Origin: Eledone cirrhosa
Lineage: Eukaryota
Length of the DNA stretch: 64,000 nucleotides
NCBI GenBank assembly: GCA_964016885.1
Contig: CAXHJY010001656.1
Coordinates: 1-64,000, forward strand
Reading direction: 5' to 3'
Shown: piece after piece, positions 54,994 through 64,000 of the stretch
Layout: each line of letters opens with the position of its first letter
How positions within the stretch are numbered: the first letter of the stretch is position 1
The notes under the pieces: generated by a model
Databases searched by the model: none
The model's input: only the letters and a program-made list of their open reading frames with translations
What the model was told of the DNA's origin: nothing
Position numbers and translations under genes: made by a program

Positions 54994-55486
54994 AAATTTA
55001 ATTGTTCTGTATTGTATGCTTGCTTGCAACACTTAATTCCGAAGTGTAGTGTATATGTGTATGATAAGGTGTGTGTGTGTATGTGTCTGATAAGGTGTGT
55101 GTGTGTATGTGTCTGATAAGGTTTGTGTGTGTGTGTGTCTGATAAGGTTTGTGTGTGTATGTGTATCATAAGGTTTGTGTGTGTGTGTGTGTCTCAAGGT
55201 TTGTGTGTGTATGTGTATCATAAGGTTTGTGTGTGATGTGTGTGTGTGTGTGTGTGTGTGTGTGTCTGATAGGGTTTATGTGTATGATAGGGTATATTGG
55301 GATAGATCGGTGGGTATGTTGAATACATTGGCGTGTCTGTGTTGGCATATCTCGATGTATGTGTTTGTGTGTGTATATGTGTGTTAGACAACATCGTTAA
55401 ACTTGTTTGTGCTTTAATAGATCGATAGTGACCGAAAAGAGCGATGTTTTTTAATTTGATTTGCTTACTATATTGTCTAGACGATT

Positions 55487-55489
<3 letters not shown>

Positions 55490-55534
<45 letters not shown>

Positions 55535-56048
55535 TGTTGTGTGTGTGTATATATATATGTATATATATATATGTGTGTATGTATGCATGTATATATATAT
55601 GTGTGTATGTATGCATGTATATATATATATATGTGTATGTATGTATGTATGTATATATATATGTGTATATATGTATATATATATGTATATATATATGTGT
55701 ATGTATGTATATATGTGTATGTATGTATATATATATGTGTATGTATATGTATATATATATATGTGTATGTATGTATATATATATGTGTATGTATATGTAT
55801 ATATATATATATATGTATAATGTGTGTATGTATATGTATATATATCTATCTATGTATATATATGTGTATGTATGTATATATATATGTGTATGAATGTTTA
55901 TATATATATGTATGTATATATATATGTGTGTATGTATATGTATATATATCTAACTATGTATATATATATCTATCTATGTATATATATATATATCTATGTA
56001 TATATATGTGTATGTATGTATATATGTATGTATGTATATATATATATG

Positions 56049-56087
<39 letters not shown>

Positions 56088-56151
56088 ATATATATGTGTA
56101 TGTATATATGTATATATATATATATGTGTATGTATATATGTATATATATAT

Positions 56152-56211
<60 letters not shown>

Positions 56212-56312
56212 GTATATATATATGTATGTATATATATATGTATGTATATATATATATATATATGTATGTATATATATATATATATATATGTATGTATATA
56301 TATATATGTATG

Positions 56313-56344
<32 letters not shown>

Positions 56345-56368
56345 TATGTATGTATATATCTATGTATG

Positions 56369-56440
<72 letters not shown>

Positions 56441-56480
56441 CGTGTGTGTGTGTGTATGTATGTATGTGTGTGTGTGTAGT
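55490..56480. repeat. Compound (TA)n/(TATG)n array
   Basis: Direct inspection. Confidence 0.97.
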
Positions 56481-56656
56481 AGATAAGAGAAAGAGAGAAA
56501 TAAGCCTGTGTCTGTGTGTAAGATTGCGTGTGTATGCTGCAAGGTCTTGACACCAGTCGATGCTTAGAATACATCGAAACGGCTTAGAACGTGCACTCTC
56601 TCTCTCTCTCTCTCCGTCTCTCTCCGTCTCTCTCCGTCTCTCTTTCTCTCTCTCTC

Positions 56657-56721
<65 letters not shown>

Positions 56722-57044
56722 GTATCTAGGAGAGACAACGTTTTGTTTGGGTATGTGTCTAAATTTCACTCTGCACGTTCAAATGTTGCCAGGGTTTGCT
56801 TTGCTTTTCATCTTCCGCCTGTTAGTTAGTATATTATCTTCTCAGTCGGGTGAAGCTCAAGGTTTTAAGCCAATCCTTCCGACACCCTAACAATAAATGC
56901 CAGCTAGCCGCTACTCCACTGTGTTACTCTATTAATCGGTCCCGAAAGCAAAGCTGATCTTAGCGAGATTTGAATTCATGTTTGCAGAGAGACGGATCAA
57001 ATATTGCAAGTTATCTAATGCAACTGTCTAACATCAAGATTATA

Positions 57045-57180
57045 CCAGTTTTAAACTAGTAAGACCATTATTCAGCAGAGTACTCGGTACTTGGGATAGT
57101 AGAGTGTAAATATAGTAGAGTTTCAGGGCCCGACGGCCGTTTTCACAGCAAATTCCAAATGGCAAGAGCTCAGCCATCTC
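57045..57180 (-). mobile_element. Degenerate copy of the PLE-derived short family
   Basis: GAGTACTCGGTACTTGGGATAGTAGAGTG...CAGGGCCCGACGGC matches the reverse complement of the family tail. Confidence 0.5.
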
Positions 57181-57245
57181 TACTATATATATATATATAC
57201 ATATATATATATAAAAGTAGTTGCACAACAGTTAATTCACCATTT

Positions 57246-57283
57246 CCGAGAACAATTTCACCTTAGTCGGATCATCAGCTCGG
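57246..57283 (-). ncRNA. Minimal hammerhead (family F), inverted partner at 57308-57348
   Basis: CCGAG-CUGAUGA-UCC(gacuaa)GGU-GAAA-UUG-UU-CUCGG; plus-strand copy has CUGAUCA and palindromic CAAUUG helix III; related copy at 33362-33470. Confidence 0.55.
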
Positions 57284-57525
57284 TTTACAAAAAAAAAGAA
57301 TTTTAAATTGAGCTGATCATCTGATTAAGATGAAACAATTGTTCTCGGAAGTGGTGAATTAACTGTTGTGGAACTACTTCTACCAAAGTCGTCCCATTAG
57401 TAGAACACTGGTGGTGGGTTATATCCGTAACTAGAGCACTCAGTCCATGGGACGACTTTGGTAGAAGTAGTTCCACAACAGTTAATTCACCACTTCCGAG
57501 AACAATTGTTTATATATATATATAT

Positions 57526-57710
57526 AGGGAAAGAGTCAGGACTCTGGCAACTGAGCTCCGGACGTTTCGACGGCTAGTCCGGATCTAGGTGTCGAAACGG
57601 CCGGAGCTCAGCCGTCGGGGTCCTACCTCTTTTCCTATTATCCACTCTACTACTCTAAGTATTGAGTACACTGTTGCGTTATGGTCTACCTGGTTTTTTT
57701 ACCACACCCT
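57526..57710 (+). mobile_element. Short palindromic-head PLE derivative
   Basis: Hairpin head, GAAACGGCCGGAGCTCAGCCGTCGGGGTCC, family tail; TA runs on both sides. Confidence 0.78.
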
Positions 57711-57822
57711 ATCTGATTATATCTATATATATGTATAATATATATATATAAACAAGAGCTCATTCTCCAGTCTCCTGTAAAAAACCATGTTAGAAGGATA
57801 TTCTCCTCTCTCTCTCTCTCTC

Positions 57823-58004
<182 letters not shown>

Positions 58005-58029
58005 ATATATATATATATATATATGTATG

Positions 58030-58228
<199 letters not shown>

Positions 58229-58277
58229 GTATGTATATATATATATGTATGTATATATGTATGTATATATATATATG

Positions 58278-58308
<31 letters not shown>

Positions 58309-58326
58309 GCATATATATATATGTAT

Positions 58327-58366
<40 letters not shown>

Positions 58367-58415
58367 GTATGTATATATATATATATATATATGTATGTAT
58401 ATATATATATGTATG

Positions 58416-58446
<31 letters not shown>

Positions 58447-58461
58447 ATATATATATGTATG

Positions 58462-58640
<179 letters not shown>

Positions 58641-58664
58641 TGAGAGGAGAATATCCAGGAGAGA

Positions 58665-59062
58665 TGACCCCTTAGCCTTTGTCAAGGCAGAATTCTAGGA
58701 GAAGGAAAACTCTGATATAACACCTGCAACCCTGATGGTATCCAATGATGTTGACTTGTTCTTCTTTTTGGTACATATCATCTTGGTTAAGAGAGTGGGA
58801 CTGGCTTTGTGCAGTGCCTTTGCTCACTATAAAAGCTTCACGGCACAGGCATTGCTTTATATCTGGAGATCTCTCTGCACTTGTCACATGGTACCATGGG
58901 CCCAGCACTATGTGTCAATAATGGTCACAGGTGTAGTCTTTGTACCAGAGTTTTCAAGTCGCTGGCTGGACTAAAAAGTCACATTCGTTCAGCGCATCGG
59001 TAAGGGTTCTCCTACATGGATATAAAGTAGTGGCCGTACTCGAAAACGAGTTGGCAGCCACC
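58665..59062 (+). mobile_element. ~400-bp non-autonomous RTE-like element ending in C2H2 zinc-finger remnant (copy 1)
   Basis: CTAGGAGAAGGAAAACTCTGA head; 58932-59003 reads [23 protein letters not shown]; embedded in (TA)n. Confidence 0.6.
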
Positions 59063-59121
59063 ATATATATATGTATGTATATATATATATATATGTATGT
59101 ATATATATATATATATGTATG

Positions 59122-59154
<33 letters not shown>

Positions 59155-59179
59155 ATATATAAATATATATATGTATGTA

Positions 59180-59226
<47 letters not shown>

Positions 59227-59249
59227 ATGTATATATATATATATATGTA

Positions 59250-59473
<224 letters not shown>

Positions 59474-59956
59474 TATATATATATATATATATATGTATAT
59501 GTATGTATATATATATGTATATATGTATATATATATATATGTATATATGTATGTATATATATATGTATGTATATATATATGTATATATATATGTATGTAT
59601 GTATATATATATGTATGTATGTATATATGTATGTATATATATATGTATATATGTATGTATGTATATATATATGTATATATGTATGTATATATATATGTAT
59701 ATATATATGTATGTATATATATATGTATATATGTATGTATATATATATGTATATATGTATGTATATATGTATATATGTATGTATATATGTATGTATATAT
59801 ATATATGTATGTATATATATATGTATATATATTATGTATATATATATATATGTATATATATATATGTCTATTTATATATATATGTATATATATATGTATA
59901 TATATGTATATATATATGTATATATGTATATTTATAAATATATGTATATATATATG

Positions 59957-60107
<151 letters not shown>

Positions 60108-60184
60108 GTATATATATATGTATATATATATGTATATATATATGTATATATAAATGTATATATATATGTATATGTATATGTATA

Positions 60185-60277
<93 letters not shown>

Positions 60278-60278
60278 G

Positions 60279-60374
<96 letters not shown>

Positions 60375-60376
60375 TG

Positions 60377-60487
<111 letters not shown>

Positions 60488-60507
60488 GTACATGTATATA
60501 TATATAC

Positions 60508-60691
<184 letters not shown>

Positions 60692-61092
60692 AGACCCCTT
60701 AGCCTTTGTCAAGGCAGAATTCTAGGAGAAGGAAAACTCTGATATAACACCTGCAACCCTGATGGTATCCAATGATGTTGACTTGTTCTTCTTTTTGGTA
60801 CATATCATCTTGGCTAAGAGAGTGGGACTGGCTTTGTGCAGTGCCTTTGCTCACTATAAAAGCTTCACGGCACAGGCATTGCTTTATATCTGGAGATCTC
60901 TCTGCACTTGTCGTCAGATGGTACCATGGGCCCAGCACTATGTGTCAATAATTGTCAAAAGTGTAGTGTTTGTACCAGAGTTTTCAAATCGCTGGCTAGA
61001 CTAAAATGTCACACTCGTTCAGCGCATCGGTAGGGGTCCTCCTACATGGATATAAAGTAGTGGCCGTACTCGAAAACGAGTTGGCAGCCACC
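60692..61092 (+). mobile_element. ~400-bp non-autonomous RTE-like element (copy 2)
   Basis: Direct repeat of 58665-59062; 60962-61033 reads [23 protein letters not shown]. Confidence 0.6.
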
Positions 61093-61184
61093 ATGTATGT
61101 ATGTATATATATATATATATATGTATGCATATATATGTATGTATGTATGTATGTATTTATGTATATATATATAAATGTATGTAT

Positions 61185-61225
<41 letters not shown>

Positions 61226-61381
61226 TATATATGTATGTATGGATATATATATGTATGTATGGATATATATATGTATGTATGGATATATATATGTATGTAT
61301 GGATATATATATGTATGTATGGATATATATATATATGTATGTATGTATATATATATGTATGTATGTATATATATATGTATG

Positions 61382-61483
<102 letters not shown>

Positions 61484-61553
61484 TATGTATATATATATGT
61501 ATGTAAATATATATGTATGTATATATATATATGTATGTAAATATATATGTATG

Positions 61554-61584
<31 letters not shown>

Positions 61585-62360
61585 ATATATATATTATATA
61601 TATATATATGTATGTATATATATATATTATATATATATTATATATATATATAAGTATATATATATATATGTTTATATATGTATGTATATATATTATATAT
61701 ATATGTATATATATTATATATGTATATATATATTATATATGTATATATATATTGTATATGTATATATATATATTATATATGTATATATATACATTATATA
61801 TGTATATATATACATTATATATGTATATATATATATATATTATATATGTATATATATATATATTATATATGTATATATATATATTATATGTATATATATA
61901 TATATATTATATATGTGTATATATATATATTATATATGTGTATATATATATATTATATATGTGTATATATATATATTATATATGTGTATATATATATATT
62001 ATATATGTGTATATATATATATTATATATGTATATATATATATATATTATATATGTGTATATATATATATTATATATGTGTATATATATATATTATATAT
62101 GTATATATATATATATTATATATGTGTATATATATATATTATATACGTATATATATATATTATATATGTATATATATATATTATATAGGTATATATGTAT
62201 ATATATTATATATGTATATATATATATTATATATGTATATATGTATATATATATATGTATGTATATATATGTATATATACGTAAATATATATGTATATAT
62301 ATATATTATATATGTATATATGTATATATATATATGTATGTATATATATGTATATATACG

Positions 62361-62391
<31 letters not shown>

Positions 62392-62460
62392 GTATATATG
62401 TGTATATATGTATATATGTGTATATATATATATATGTATGTATATATATGTATATATACG

Positions 62461-62493
<33 letters not shown>

Positions 62494-62587
62494 GTATATA
62501 TGTGTATATATGTATATATATGTATATATGTATATATGTTGTATATATATGTATATATATGTATATATATGTATATATATGTATATA

Positions 62588-62618
<31 letters not shown>

Positions 62619-62773
62619 CATATATATTTATATATATATATGTATATACATGTATATATATATATATGCATATATATGTATATATGTATATATGTATATA
62701 TATGTATATAAGTATATATATATATGTATATAAGTATATATGTATATATATATATATCCATATATAATATATG

Positions 62774-62811
<38 letters not shown>

Positions 62812-62877
62812 CGTATATATGTATATACATATGTAATATATGTATATATATATATATATATGCATGTGTGTGTGTGT

Positions 62878-62952
<75 letters not shown>

Positions 62953-63112
62953 TGTGTTTGTGTGTATATATATATATATATGCGTGTGTGTGTATATATA
63001 TATGCGTGTGTGTGTGTATATATATGCGTGTGTGTGTATATATATATGCGTGTGTGTGTATATATATATGCGTGTGTGTGTATATATATATGCGTGTGTG
63101 TGTATATATATG

Positions 63113-63195
<83 letters not shown>

Positions 63196-63220
63196 AGTGG
63201 TAGATTTATCTGTGTATATA

Positions 63221-63296
<76 letters not shown>

Positions 63297-63444
63297 ACAC
63301 GTTTACACTCGCGTGTTTAATGTTTATGTACTTAAAACGAAGTGACGATTTCCGAAAACTCAGTTTTCATAACATTCTCTTTAAAGTGTTCCGCCATTTG
63401 ACCGTAGAATCGCTGTATTTATTATAATTGGAAGGGTATGCATA

Positions 63445-63510
<66 letters not shown>

Positions 63511-63827
63511 GTGTGTGAATGTGTGGTAATACACACATATATATAGTGGTGTGCTTGACTATTCGTTTTATGAGTAATATAATTTGTGTCAAATTGTCTG
63601 CATATATAACTTATATGGTTGTGTGCCTCTGGCGAAGTATGTGAATATGAGGAGGGTCTTTGGGGTGGGAATGATATTAGTGTGATAGATAGACGTGGGG
63701 TGTGTGAGAGAAGGTGTTAGTAGTAGTAGTACGTGGTGGATGTGGTGCTGTGTTGTGCTGTGAAACTAGAAACGCTCTCAGTGCAAACGGATTTTTGTTA
63801 AATTGTTTTGCATATGCACACACACAG

Positions 63828-63868
<41 letters not shown>

Positions 63869-64000
63869 ATGTGTGCGTGTGTGTGTGTGCATACTAGCTG
63901 TAGTACCCGACATTGTTCGGGAAGGTTATGACTTTGTCAGTGGAGAATTTCTTGTAAAAAAAAAAATTAATTGCAATCCTGCACTAATATATTATTTAAA

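Overview
Eukaryotic, AT-rich, repeat-saturated non-coding DNA. The SINE set and very high (TA)n/(CA)n/(GA)n density suggest an invertebrate, probably octopus-like (inference). No host gene exon could be supported, and almost all listed ORFs are microsatellite artefacts. The only real long ORF (2145-3962, minus strand) is the RT + GIY-YIG protein of a young, 5'-truncated Penelope-like element (PLE, Naiad-like), with a 244-bp inverted copy of its 3' region at the 5' end. Its 3' terminus holds a complete type I hammerhead ribozyme fold with a non-canonical covaried core (UUGAGAA, U3-A8, instead of CUGANGA). About seven short dispersed relatives carry only the 3' part of that ribozyme plus tail. 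Most of them are folded back into a palindrome inside helix II and abut (TA)n tracts. At least five unrelated minimal hammerhead families occur elsewhere in the window, mostly in inverted pairs next to (TA)n. Other content: R4/Dong-like fragments (one inside a (CATA)n tract), RTE fragments, a duplicated ~400-bp RTE-like element ending in a C2H2 zinc finger, many tRNA-derived SINEs, hAT and Tc1/mariner-type MITEs, several minisatellites (one built from a SINE B-box region) and kb-long TA-rich arrays.
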